The notes beneath the pieces are model-generated. The model ran no database searches. It was not told the origin of the DNA and saw only the letters and a program-made list of their open reading frames with translations. DNA of 61,220 nt, filler included, from Basidiobolus ranarum (taxonomy: Eukaryota), in the NCBI GenBank assembly GCA_040143965.1. It is 2 parts of 2 records of this genome, joined end to end, with 100 filler letters (N's around TTAATTAATTAA, not from the genome) between each part and the next. Parts side by side here need not be neighbours in the genome. Positions count along the whole stretch, not along the records: positions 1 to 30,601 come from JASJQH010006973.1; 1 more part is not named here. The stretch is one strand, 5' to 3'. Of this stretch, positions 1 through 13,250 are shown one piece after another (position 1 is the first letter of the stretch; the number at the start of each line of letters is the position of its first letter). Both the position numbers and the translations under genes were made by a program.

Positions 1-1019
1 ACTATATAGATGTTTAGACTATGTTAATTTTAACATGCCCCAGCCTTTAAGAATTCTGATTGAATGTAATATTTCATTATCCTCCTTGTTGAAAATTGTT
101 GGAAGTTATAATAGAAACACAGATAAGTGGATATGACCTATCAGCTTTGTGTATTAGGATATGAAAGGAACCCCACTGAAAGGAGCACTATCGAAAAACA
201 TAGAAGTCATCATTGCACAAGTTATTTGTTCTCTTGACAACACAGCAACCCTCCAATATTGAGAGGTCCATTATCCTAGATGTTATGCTAGTTCACTTTT
301 TTCTTGAATAATTCTTAAAATTAACTACCAACCCGCCTGTACACTAATCATTATATAGAAATCTGTATATGTATATTGCCTGTATTAGTATTTATATCTT
401 TATAACGGAGCAGCCCTGAGAATTTTACAGCTTCAAGATGGAAGAAAAGGTGTATTACCACATATCAGCAGGAGTTTAAGCACACAACCCTAATCGAAAT
501 GAATATTGGTATTGATCGAGCTAGTCCTAAGTTATGAGGATTAATCTCAATGTAATTGCATGCATTTCATATACCATTTTACACATATTTTTTGTTATAA
601 TTGAGTCCCAAGCCTCATTTCCCACTCGCCGGTAAAGAAATGATATTTTGTTTTCTTAGCAGTATACATCATGGTATTTATCACTAGCCATGAGTGGATT
701 TGGAGATATAAGTGGTAGAGGATTAAAATCATGGTGAATACCTTGCTAATTAACTATTCGCGAAGTATCTCTGCTTTATTTCATGTAAGTTTTGAGCCGG
801 TGACCGCCGGCATGATTTATTTTTATTAACAGGAAAGTGAAAGTTACATTACACTAGTACAAATACCTTAAACTATGTATATCAAGAAAGTGGTGAATTA
901 TACACGATCATGCATATGCGTGGACTAAGTGTTACATGTCAAAAAAGAATAGTTTTGGGTGATTTTGGATGGGTGATATCAAAGGGTTGTCTTTCATAAA
1001 CAACACCAAGTTAAACAAA

Positions 1020-4000
1020 TCATTTGATTCCAGTCTCCAGTTGGAGAGGGTTGAGTTCTAGATAATCCTCATCTCCAAAGGAGGAATTTCTGGTAGAAGA
1101 TCCACTTTCCGAGAAGGGCCGCAATTTCATTAAGCCGGTTCTCTCTTCTGGTGGAGGCAACAGTACTCCTTCGCCGTACTTCTCCATTTCTCTAACAATG
1201 TCGATATCCTCATAAAACCATACTTGCTTTATGAACAGTATTACGTATCTTGGAAATATGGCGATCAAGACAGCGGCAAAGTAAGCACACCAAAAGCTCG
1301 CGGAACCATAAACGTATAGCCCAGATCCGTATGATTCAGCAGAGCTCAGAAACGAATAAGCGAATGCGTATATATGTACAGCTATGATACTACCAGCAAC
1401 GGACGCAAACATAATCCAATTCCATGAATAAGAGTTCATACCAACTGTAACAGTAGCAATGGTTATGACCGTAACCGAAACGCTTGTTGAGAAATCATAC
1501 AAGTCCGAATCTGCTCCAGACTGACTTATGTTGTTCAAAAATATGAAGTAAAAGGTATAAAAGCATACTAACGACTGATATATGGCCTCAAGTATGTATA
1601 CCCAAAAACGGCGCATCCCATAACGGCTTTGTCGAATACCCAACATGTATAGATTGGGAAAGCGCATCGCATTTTGGTATGAAACTGCTCGATCGCAAGT
1701 GCCAATGGCAATCACTGGCATTAACGTGAAGACAAGGTTGTATAGTTGAAGATACATGAAGTCGAAAAATGTATTCGCAGAAAAGCCGCAGAAGAATTGA
1801 TACCAGAGAATAACAAGTACAAATACCACATTCTTGTAGAAGAAGTTCAGAACCATTTCTGCAATACGTAAGTAAGACCAAAGCCCGTGTACGAGTAAGA
1901 GATTTTCCAAATACTTAAATTGAGAAAAGTTGTAATCAGCAGCCATGGCAGCCTGCAAGCCCTCCTCTCCGGCAATTGCTACTCCAACATCAGCTGCTTG
2001 AATCATGCTCACATCATTAGCGCCATCGCCAATCGCTAAGCAAACGGCCTTTCTGCCTTTCTTAACCATATGGACAATTTGAGCTTTTTGTAATGGGCTG
2101 ACACGACAGCATATTACAGAACGGCATAGTGGGGTGATTTCTAACAACTGTGTCCTGCACTCGGTGTCTTCCAACAGGTGCTTTAAAGCACTTCCCTCAA
2201 TTACCATTGCGTGAACCATATTCGAACGGTGTAAATTGAGTGATCTTCGAGGAAGAGGGAGCGACTCGAAATAAGACGTACCGCTAAGGTGGTCCTCTTT
2301 ATCTCCTCGAATACTAGCCACAACATCGTAAAATTCTTTTTTGGCGCTTTCTTTACTATCCCCTTTGATGGTCCATAACTGCATATCATTGGTTAACAGG
2401 TTACAAGCAAAACCGATATTAATTGCAGTTTGCATTTTGTCTCCAGTCAATACCCAGATTTTGATACCAGCCTGTCGCAAAGCCAGGATACACTCTGGTG
2501 CATTCTCTTGAAGCTTGTCCTCAATTGCGGTGGCACCTATCAAAATCAACTCAACTTCTATTTTCTCATAGCATTTTTCAACCTCACCATCACGATTATC
2601 TAGTGAAGTTGAAGCTTCTTGAAGCTGTTTAGCCCATTGCTGATAAAATTCTTCCGTCAAGGGGCGATAAGCAAGGCATAGAGTACGAAGGCCTAGATAA
2701 AGAAATTCATTAGCGCTACATCATTTTGTGTCAAATAGCCAGAAACGTCACTGACCGTCATTTGAGAACGAATCTATGTGTTGAGCAGTCGAGTTAACCA
2801 AATTGCTCTGTCCGTCAGCAAGTCTTTCAAAAATAATATTGTCGGCGCCTTTAGTTAACAAAACTAAATCATTCCATGGTGCCGGGCGGCGTACAATGAC
2901 AGACATCCTCTTACGGGTGCTGTTGAATTCCAATATGTGGAGTAACTCAAATTCCATTTCCTCACCGAGTATATCAATAGTCATCAAGTTCTTAGATCTA
3001 CCTAAAAATGAAAACCCGAGGTCTCTTGCGGCTGAAACCAGGGCACTTTCATCGGGTGATTCGGCACGATACGCGAAAAGAGGTTGGTTTGGTAGGACCT
3101 CATCAGGCTTTTCGATAACCACTGTGTGGCATACTGCTAATAGGCTAAAGAAATCCCGGATACTTTCCGCTTGTTCGCGCTCATCAGGAACAAGTATATG
3201 CTCTTCCTTAAGCTGTCTTAAATCTTTAAACACCTGTGGATCAATAAAAGCAAGCTTTTCCAAATCAAGGCAAGCATATTTGGAATCGTAAATATTCCTC
3301 ATTTCTGTTAGGAATTGTTGGAATATTTGATTGCGGTAAAAGGGTTCGTTTCTTGCAGACTCTGGAGCAGATCCTTGACGCTCTCGGGCTCCTTTGGCGG
3401 CATCAGTTTCTCTGCCAGTAGAGTCTCCATACATTTTTCCATTGATTGTACATTTACTAAACTCCATGATGTTCCGGGTCAAAGTGCCAGTTTTATCCGA
3501 AAAAACGTATTCGATTTGACCCAAATCATCCGACAAGTTCCACTAGATAGTTCAGAAAATTTAGAAGCAGCCTTACTCAACCATTTAAGACTCAATTACT
3601 AACCGACTTCGGAACACAGGTTGTCTGAGTAGCTTCATTGTACATGTTCTTATCATTAAAAATAAAATAAGCCTTGGAATAAAAGGGTAAATGTTAGATC
3701 CAGTATTACTAGGAACAGAAACCTCGTGGTGCTTACCTGCCAGGTCTTAACAAATTCTACACTCACATATAATGAGATCGGAATGATATTCTGAAAGATA
3801 ATTAAACTCGACCTAAAATAGAATGCCATGGATTAGTGTCAGCTCAAATGCCCTAATTTTCTTTTAGCATATTTACCAGAACGTTAGGAAGCCTAACAGA
3901 AATGGCGAGCTTGTACCGCCATCATCAAAGGAATTCTGATTTCCGGCTTGTATAAAGCCACTGGCAATGGCGCAAATCAAGCACAGCACCAATAGAATAG

Positions 4001-5247
4001 CGAAATTTACAATAACCTAATGATGAAAGTTTAACGAAGTTTCTTTGAAGATTCCGGGGAATATTTAGATGGTTCAATACCTGGCGGTTCATGGTTTTTT
4101 CGATTTTACTTCTTTTTGACGGCGTATTGCCGGAATTTAGCAATATCTTTGTATCGCCACCAGTAAATACAGCTACACCGATGACAAAGCTAGTGTTTCT
4201 GATAACATGGCCTCGAAGCAATGTGTTGCTAATGTTAATGGGCACCGAAGATGGCTTTTTTCTTGGGCTAAGATGTTGTGAACTCTTGTCGGAGTCATCA
4301 TTTTGATATATATGCATGGTGGCTTGATAAGCATAAAGATTAGATGTGGGCACATCAGAGTCTATGTAAAATTTGGCGTCGGCAAATTCAGCTGGCGTTT
4401 GTAGATGAAGTGTTTCATCTATCGCCAATCTTGTTTTCAGATTAGTCTCACCATCAAGTTCCTTCGTTTCGATAAAGCATTCTCCCTCTGGTTCGCCAGA
4501 AGAAAGAATCACCAGATCCACAGGGCAGGTTTCATTATTCCGAAGATACACGATATCCCCTACTCTTATATCTTGCCAGACTGCCTCTTGAAACTCTGCC
4601 ACGCTACAATTAGATTCCTGGAATACTACGGGATCATCTTTACCTTTAACTCGTGTCTCTTCATTGATGTACCCGAACAATTTATATTTATATAGCGGAG
4701 CCGTGAGAATATCGCTTGTTCGATTCCATATTCTCTGCCAAAAACTGGGTTGATGAAGGGGATGATTCGTGTTTATCCAATTCTTCAGGATCCGAGTCTT
4801 GGATCCATTGTATTTGAGATCCATTCTGTACCTCTTGTAATCTTCCACACCATCCTTGATAGCAGTGATAGTGATTACTGTAGTTAGAGGCATTATAGCA
4901 AAGAAAGGACTGCTGACCCCCACATAAGGTAAAAACTGTAGGATAGCCATAAACAAGAAGTACATATTCGCCACTCGGCGAAATTGTTCGAATAGATTTT
5001 TGGGCAAGAAGCTTAACAATGTGTATTTGGCGGTGCGTATACGATTAGTGGGGAATTCTTTCTTAGGGAAACCATGTCTATTCAGCGCTTTAGGCGGTAG
5101 TACGATATTTACATAAATCTGTATACTGCCCCCGCTTCGTCGATGGCGTGAGGGTGAACGTAACAATGATTTCTCTACTCTCTTCTTTTGAGCTTTCTCT
5201 CGTTGAGAAGGAAGAAATCTTCGCCCACCAAATTTGATTTTACCCAT
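1020..5247 (-). CDS. DNF1: P4-type ATPase phospholipid flippase, Dnf1/Dnf2-like (multi-exon)
   Basis: Joins ORFs 3925-5247, 2748-3536 and 1020-2660 via short GT-AG introns. Motifs: IRTAKYTLLSFLPKNLFEQFRRVAN, ETKELDGETNLK, FQNIIPISLY, WNLSDDLGQIEYVFSDKTGTLT (phospho-Asp), LTGDKMQTAINIG, GDGANDVSMIQ and C-terminal TM helices. Confidence 0.95.
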
Positions 5248-8200
5248 CTGTTATAGTAACTGTCGGTTATAGCGTGGATGATCTCCGAGTGTATTGAGAG
5301 AGTGCGGAAATCGAAATGATATCGAAGTGTAAGTAATACAGGGTCTGAAATAGCAAAACGTGAAAGTAGCTACGGAAGTTCAAATGTGATGAAGTCAAGA
5401 CAAGGCCTTGGAGTGTACGCAGGGTGCGATAAGTAAGAAAGAGAATAAAGACAAATTTAACAACGCGCCATCAAAAGATGGGTTAATTACAAACACTGGT
5501 CCGTTCGATTCTAAAGGTCACTATGGTATCGATTACTGGCCACTTCTCTCCACTATTTATATAAATTTGACGATCGATGGAGGTGCTGAGCGTCAACTAC
5601 TCTAATGATTTCCTTTTTTAGTGAACTCTCAGTGATTCTGGGAGAAATTGGATATAGCCAACATAACTATTTGATGAGGTCTATGTAGACTTGGCATTAT
5701 CTTGATTTAGGATTATCAGTAACCTTACTGATATTCTTTAGAAAGGGGGCTGGTAAACAATAGGATGTATAAAAAACTCACTGAGTTGCACAGATACTTA
5801 TTCATGAATCACGCTTCCCCGAGGTTCTTTTGGTATCGTCCATAATCAAATGGCTATAAAGGCCTTATGAAGCTGGGATAAACCAGACCTGTTCCTGGCT
5901 TTGCTCTGCTTCGAGCATTTACATCACTTTCCTGAGCAGCTCGGGTTCCACCAACTGCTTTACATTGTGAGTGTATCAGGTAGGACAGATTCAATTCCTC
6001 ACTTTCCAGCCCCGTTACTCAGCCTCCAAGCTTTGACAAGAAATCTAAAACCTGTCTTGAATACGAAATATCAACACCATGCCAAGACCACAAACTTCGC
6101 CAAGAACCTGCAAGTCAATTTAATTACGATTTACCACTCTCTTGTAAGGTAAAATCTTTGTTTACTAGGAACTCATTTTGGCTCATCATGGCAAATAATC
6201 GTAGAGCTTCATATGGGATCATTGTATGATCGGGATATGCTCAGTATAAAATGGGTTACTTGTACCGCCAGACCAAGGAAGTTGTCTGGGCCAAATATAG
6301 TGTTTAAATTGCCAAGTAAAATATCTAATATCATTTCCACGTAGACTAAACCAAGAAATTAGGTTAAAGGAGGCATTGACTCAGATCGATATAAACGTTG
6401 GGAGAATGGCCTTGTATTGCTATTAGAAATTAGAATTCTTAGTGATCACAATCTGATTTTTATATTTACTTAACCCAGACATATAATTCTATACCTATTC
6501 ACATTTTTCCTTCAATTAGCGAAGGTAGGGAGAACCAACCTGGTTTATTAATAAGAGAGCGATAGGGGTAGGGCGCGCAAATAAGCCAATAGATGCGACT
6601 CACCATAACGAACTTAGAATGGGTTGTCCGTTACCTTATCCATTTGAAATGGAGACAATTCTCCAACATCTATGGTGCTACATTCTTATTTAAGAAATGC
6701 CTCCACCTCTGTAAGTGTATTGTTCAGTAGATGTCGGTCTTCTTTTGGGTATTCCATTCAGAATGAATATGCTTTAGACATCAAAGTGGCCATCTTTCTA
6801 TATATGACGATGAATCAAAATGCTATAATAAATTTAGCATTGTATGCACTGTTCTTAGAGAGTAATAATGCGATGTTTATGGTTAAGATCGACCGGCTTA
6901 GGCTTGGGTAATTGGTATAAAGAAAACCACCTGCTACCAGGCCATTTGGCTGATAGTGTTTCGTTCGCCAAGAAATATCTGAGTATGCTACGTTACACGG
7001 GAAGAATAATGAAAACTTTCGATATCTAATCTCCAAGATTGGCCAGATGATTTACCATCGTCATCAAATGGCAATTGATATAGCACATCATTGACACAAG
7101 GCTTTATATCTACATACGAAGGTGCTGAAACATGCTTTTTGTATCACCAGTACACTTGAAAGAATACATTTAGTTATTTACTGTGGAAAATGATACTATC
7201 AGTTCCAGTTCAGGTGAATTTTTCAATATTCGCCCACAAGTTACGGCCATGTTATTTGATTAATACCCTTAAGATAGGGATTATTCATAACCTGTTTCTC
7301 TAGTAAACAATCACATACCAAGTTATTTTACACATGAACTTTATTAGGTTTCTGATTCAGTTGGCTGCATATTATACTTTCACTGATAATCTACATAAAT
7401 ATTGAACACTTGTTAGTTTGCAGAATAGCTACCTTCACGTAATACCAGTAAAGTTTGAACAATTCATCAATGAACGAAATTAAAACGCTCTTTGTTCGAC
7501 CGGTATACAAACTCATAATTAAACTTCAGGTTGCGAAGTCTGTTACTACTCTGACAAACCAGCAGAGTACTTTTAGATTTGAGTCGAATGCGCTTGAAGG
7601 TGGTACCTCTTGCTTACTATAGCTCTCTTTATCCTATCAACGTTGAATAGAATTCTATTGTAGCTATGTGCTACATCAAATCCGCAATAGTATGTGTACG
7701 TCGATCTCATTCTATTTTATCCATCTATACAAGTGATTCTTAGGTAGAGGAATATAAACAATGTTGTCCGTTTCAAATATATTTGTTAGGAGAACTGTGC
7801 TCAACTGGCACTATTTGTAGAAGGATGGGTTAATAGGCCCACTTCCTTAAATTAACCTTAATGACCCTCTTTCTAAGATATTGATATGTGTAATCTTTAT
7901 AGGAGTAAATACCTTCTTTGCAGTTGAAAGATAATCCATACGTGAAGAGATATTCACCATATACTGATCAACGGTGAACAAGTGAAGGAGAAAGTATCAC
8001 AACGAATATTTCTATGTATACCTTTTGCAATTGATTGTTCAAATTCATACCGTTTCTTGCCTGGGGATTTGCACCATGGTATGTATTACTGCCAAACTTA
8101 ATCCTTTGACGCCGCATTGTTATTCTTTAGTTGATAATATAGAAACTCTAAATGGATAAGTGATAATGATGTCACTACAAAATAATACGCGTTGATGCTA

Positions 8201-9804
8201 ATCAATAGCAAGCTGATGCCTACTATTAGTTTCACACTACAGAGGGATGGAGTGCCAAGCAGTGGGAAGATCAGTACTCTTATATTGTTAAGATTGATGT
8301 AACAATACCATTAGAGGGGGTGAGAAAATATTGAGGGGTGTTTACCTTAACCGCGTTTTCATACTAGAATTATTCCTTACCTCATCTGAATCCGAGGTGA
8401 ATTCCATGGGGTTTATTTAAATCTCTCATCCCTCTTTGATAATCTTTTCGACCTATTATTTGCAAGTATTTAGATTATGACCCTAAGAATGCTTAATCGA
8501 TACAAGGTACATGGAAAGATGTTTGATGTAAAGTTTTGTAACATTCATTATTGGTTGTCATTGGTTCGAATGATGAAGCTTGCTTAGCCTGACGCCTCTA
8601 AATTTGTTGTCATCATAGATCTCGTGGGTGAGTATTTGTTACTATTGGAGAAATTATTACGTTCAGCCCTTTTACTATTTGTAAATCTGACTCGTTTACC
8701 ATGCATTCAAACTTAATTTAGCACACTTCTTTATCGTGCAGCCTTTGTTCGATCAAAAGTCAATCTACCACATGTAAAGAACTGGCTTGAGTAAGGGAGA
8801 ATTAATAAACCGCTGTTTGTTGCTTAATATGTTGATACTAGTTACTTTCGGTATACTCTCATTTAGCTATCATTATTTTTATTGTGAAAGAATACTGTTC
8901 ATACCTTCGATTGGTATCGAATATCGGAGTAAATGAACCAACGTATTTTAGCAGATTTTATTTGAATATTTGTTAATACCCGAACTTCTTTGACGGTAGG
9001 TGAAGAACTTATTTTTCGTTTCGCCATTTCATTAGAGCTCATGGTTTTTGAGTGATAGCGGTTACTGATGTTTCATTTGGTAATATGTGTTAATGTTATG
9101 TCATATCTGAGATACCCTAAATAGAAAATGCCCCTCTCTATCCCTCCAAATAAATCCTTGATATAATGCAGCGACGATAAAATTAGATTAAGCTGCTGCC
9201 TCCTGATTCACATCCCTTCAAAGAGGCACCTAAAGTTGCAGGGAGCTTATGAGTACTAGTCAGACCCATGCGAGTGTCAGTAAAAACAAGTATTAACTGC
9301 ATTTATTGAAGTTCAAATTTCACCATTTGGAGAGTAAATATCTTCCAATGCTACAAGGTTTTTTATGCCATTATTGCTTATTTAGCGTATATAACTTTTA
9401 GCTTAAGCCCACTTGTTCACAGCTTATTTCCACGGCTTAAACGCAAAAGACATATATATATACCTATACTATTTCTGCTAGCAGAAACATGAACTCGACA
9501 ATTGTTTCATTTGAATCACCCTAGCATACGGAGCAATCATATAGCAAAATGATTTGACGCCTCACGAAATTTCTCAGGGACGATGTGAACGATGGTTGTC
9601 AGATATACGATATCAAAAATACTTTTCATTCCGGGCTATTCATACAATGGTTTGGCTTTCATTTACTCATACATGAATATGCAAAGCAAGCACAAGGTTC
9701 ACTTGGATTAATAATAGGAGAATGATTCTACTGAAAGTGCTTATAAGTACTTCCTCGTTGACAATCAAAATAGTATACTATATCTGCTACTTTGAACTGC
9801 AAGT

Positions 9805-10651
9805 ATGTTCTCGAATATCTTTGGGCTAGTTTTATTATTGTTGGCTCTAGTTCATATTACTTCTGGGCATATGGAAATGGTTGAACCTCCGCCCAGAAGA
9901 TCATCCCACAATCCTTACTTTCAGAAGAAAGGCGATGTGGATGATGATATCATGTCCCCTCTTAGTGACAAGGTAAAAATTGCTTCGTCTAACTTACAAT
10001 ACGAATAAACGTACTAATCATGGGTGTCGCTTTTAGAGGCCATTTCCTTGTCAAGGTGCATCCAAGGGGCCCAGTGTAAATACCTATTCTGCAGGCTCAA
10101 GTGTCAAGATCAAGATCGCCGGAGGTACTCCACACCAAGGTGGTACCTGTCAATTCGTGATTTCGTACGATAGCAAAAACTGGGTGGTTCTAAAAACAGT
10201 TCTTCGTGATTGTTTGAACTCGGGTTTGAACTTTGATGTGCCACTTCCGGCCAATGCTCCTTCTGGAGAAGCTGTGCTAGCTTGGACTTGGATAAGCAAG
10301 GAGGGGAACCGAGATTTTTACATGAATTGTGCTGATGTAACCATCAAAGGTAAATTGGGTGGATCGATCACTGGGCCAAAGTTGGCGATCGCACAATTAC
10401 CAAGTTACCCAAAAATTCCAGAATACCCAGAAAAAGGATGGGATGATGTTTCAATTTTTGAGAAACGCCCCATGATAACCATTAACAGTAACGGATCTAT
10501 CTCGAAGAATGGAAAGAGTGATATACAAGTCGACTTGGATGTCGGAAATAATCCCAAGAAAAACAAAGAAAAAGGTAAAGGTAAAGGTAACGATAAAGGA
10601 AAAGACAAAGACAAAGGCAAAGGCAAAGATAAGAATTGGAGAAACACCTGA
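9805..10651 (+). CDS. Secreted lytic polysaccharide monooxygenase, AA11-like, with Lys/Gly/Asp-rich C-terminal tail
   Basis: Signal peptide MFSNIFGLVLLLLALVHITSG is followed directly by His (HMEMVEPPPRR). Phase-0 intron 9973-10036 (GTAAAA..TACTAAT..TTTTAG). Exon 2 reads RPFPCQG...GTPHQGGTCQFVISYD...LAWTWISKEGNRDFYMNCADV, the AA11 histidine-brace/Tyr pattern. Confidence 0.88.
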
Positions 10652-11601
10652 TACAAAAACAATCAAATAACCTTTTATTCCTTTTTGTTGGCACTTTACA
10701 CTGCATCTCTTGAAGGAGTATGACTAGTGGATAGCGAATTTTTTTATCATGATCACTTCATTGCTTTTTGTAATGACTGAAGCGGGCTTCTTTAACCTAT
10801 GTATTCAATTCCTTTGGCTTTTATAGTGGATTCTTTCATTGTGCTTGAATTTTGAGCAATAAATTGATTTAAATCAAATTGACTAGCTTGTAGAGATCGT
10901 TTGATCGGCAAGTTTTGTAATGATTTTATACTTGACCCACGTAACAGAGCAGGATGTTCGTGTCTCAACACTCGAGAATTCGTGATTACATAATTGGAGA
11001 AATTACAACTTGAAAACGGATATGCACGATCAACAATACATCAAAGTACATGAAACTCTCTGTAATACCTCACATCCACTGTTGAAGCATAGCATTCCGA
11101 AACGTAAATCCGACAGCGTAATTGATTCTTGAAGATGCAAACTAGTGCCTTTACGCAGATCTAGATGCCTTTTGAAATGACAATTCTCTGGCATTGGTTT
11201 GAGTTGATAATATTAAAGTAACGAGATTACTACTCAGACTTGATTAGTCTCATCTCTAAATGAAACGGAATTGATCGGCAAGTGTGTTGATATTTCTAAT
11301 GGCAAGCATCTCTGATTAGTTAGGTTTCTAAATAATCTGGAGATGAAGAACTAAAACATGGTGGTTTAAGAATTGTGAGGCAGGATTCATCTAAAAGGAA
11401 ACAAATAGATGCTACCAAACGAAACAAAGGCAGCAACTAGAACTTCCATAAATTCAACGTTGCTAGTTGTCAACCCTTCTTAAGTACCTAACATTGTATC
11501 TTCTATTCAGATACAATTTCCATCACCATTTTATTCTTTCTGTCATTGTGTTGGCTAGTTAATGATTTTGTGAGTTCTCTTATTATCTAAAAGTAGAAAC
11601 T

Positions 11602-12573
11602 ATGGACTCTGGATTGAGTCTTCCGTATTGTACAGGCCCTTATATTAACTCAAGCATGCACTGTGGTGTGTTCGATTTTACAGCAGCTATGAAATCATGT
11701 GTTCCATCGAAGGGCTTTAAGCACGACGTAGCTCCATTGTCGCCGGACATCAAGAAGATTATCATGATGATATCAAATGTTTTTGAACACTCAAGGACTG
11801 ACTTCCATTACCAATCTTGTCGAGACCTCGACGACAAACGAGGTTATACCTGTGGGTTTGTCGGATTTACTACATCAGCTGGCGAGGCCTTGACGGTAAT
11901 TCAAGAATATTTTAAAGTGAAGGGTGAACAGTCTAAGGTATTTGAGAAATTTCTCCCAACACTAAACGAGTTCTCCAATATGACCCTTTGTCATACTGAG
12001 CCCAAAGATGTCGATTTGTATGGATTCACTGAAGCTTGGAAGCTAGCGGCTTGTGATGAAAAATTTCGTCATATCCAAGTAGAGGTGGCTGATCAAAACA
12101 TTCTTCGACCAGCAATTTACTTGGCTGGAAAAGCTGGGATTCATTCGACCCTTGGTAGGTTGATTTTTTATGATACTGCATTACAGCATGGATATGAGAA
12201 TGATGATGGAATTAGTCTTCGGAGTATCATGAGACTTGCTGGAAGACATACTACTGAATACGACTATCTCAATCATTTCTTACGAATAAGGAGACGCTTA
12301 CTATGCTGTTTCCCAGACGATGTGTGGCCTGAAAGTGCCAATCGAGTTTCCGATTTAATGCATATTTTAGAAACCGAAAATTTGGACCTTGAACCACCAA
12401 TTTTGTTGAAAAGTTACCACATTACAATTGAAGGGGATGAAGTAACTGACAAGGAGTGCTCAGAACCCGAAGATACTGAGGAGGAACCTCAACCTAGTGA
12501 TTGGAAAACGATGTGGTCCCATCATCAATCCAACAATACGTCACCTCATTCACATAACCGATTTAACCCATGA
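11602..12573 (+). CDS. Glycoside hydrolase family 46 chitosanase (lysozyme-like fold); true N-terminus uncertain
   Basis: Catalytic-type motifs SNVFEHS (Glu) and DLDDKRGYTCGFVGFTT (Asp), plus FTEAWKLAACDEKFRHIQ and LGRLIFYDTALQHG, all typical of GH46. The catalytic domain is uninterrupted by introns. Confidence 0.88.
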   Translation: MDSGLSLPYCTGPYINSSMHCGVFDFTAAMKSCVPSKGFKHDVAPLSPDIKKIIMMISNVFEHSRTDFHYQSCRDLDDKRGYTCGFVGFTTSAGEALTVIQEYFKVKGEQSKVFEKFLPTLNEFSNMTLCHTEPKDVDLYGFTEAWKLAACDEKFRHIQVEVADQNILRPAIYLAGKAGIHSTLGRLIFYDTALQHGYENDDGISLRSIMRLAGRHTTEYDYLNHFLRIRRRLLCCFPDDVWPESANRVSDLMHILETENLDLEPPILLKSYHITIEGDEVTDKECSEPEDTEEEPQPSDWKTMWSHHQSNNTSPHSHNRFNP

Positions 12574-13250
12574 TTCAAAAAATCAAGGTTACCTTCACTG
12601 CCATAACCTTCTATTGGGGAAATAAAAACTTTTTATTCAACAACATCAAGCTCCATATTTAGTCAACTTAAATATTACTCAACTTCCTGTGAAAGCCAAT
12701 AACTTAGACGGAGTTCTATTGACTAGAACTGGTCAAGTCAAAAAACAAATGCAGGAATTTTACTTGCAATTATGACCGAGAATTTACCTCTTTGAGAGTA
12801 GAGGTTTGAGAGTGAGAGCCCGTAACACATCGATACTAACCGAAAGAGTGGATTGACTCGATCGTTGCGAAATAAGATCAGGTTGATATATGAAATTGTT
12901 CTTTAATTCAATCTCGTAGTATACAGAATTCATTCCCCTCTTGCATTTAACTCTCCAAGGCAAAATCATCTCAAATAACAACCTGATACAGATATGATTA
13001 ATCAAACAACCACGAAACTATCAGCTTTGGTATACAAATGTTTTACAGAAATCAACTGTGATGAGATATGCTGTTATATTAAGAGAGATACTATGAGAAA
13101 TAGTATATTTCAAAAAAGTAAATAAGGAAACTTTTACTGAGATTAATGCAGGAGTCAACTACAATAAGTAATTCATAGTTTCAATAAAGCGATGAAAATA
13201 TGGCCTGCCATTTGTAGCGTTACAGCAATAAAAGCTACCTGAAAGCGCTA

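Noticed and set aside
5400-9700. Short ORFs and scattered splice-like signals between the flippase and the LPMO
   Set aside because: No coherent exon chain or recognisable protein motif.
10405-10706. Hydrophobic or repetitive minus-strand ORFs (LSLPLPL, FAFAFVF, LCLCLC)
   Set aside because: Reverse-complement readings of the LPMO Lys/Gly/Asp tail.
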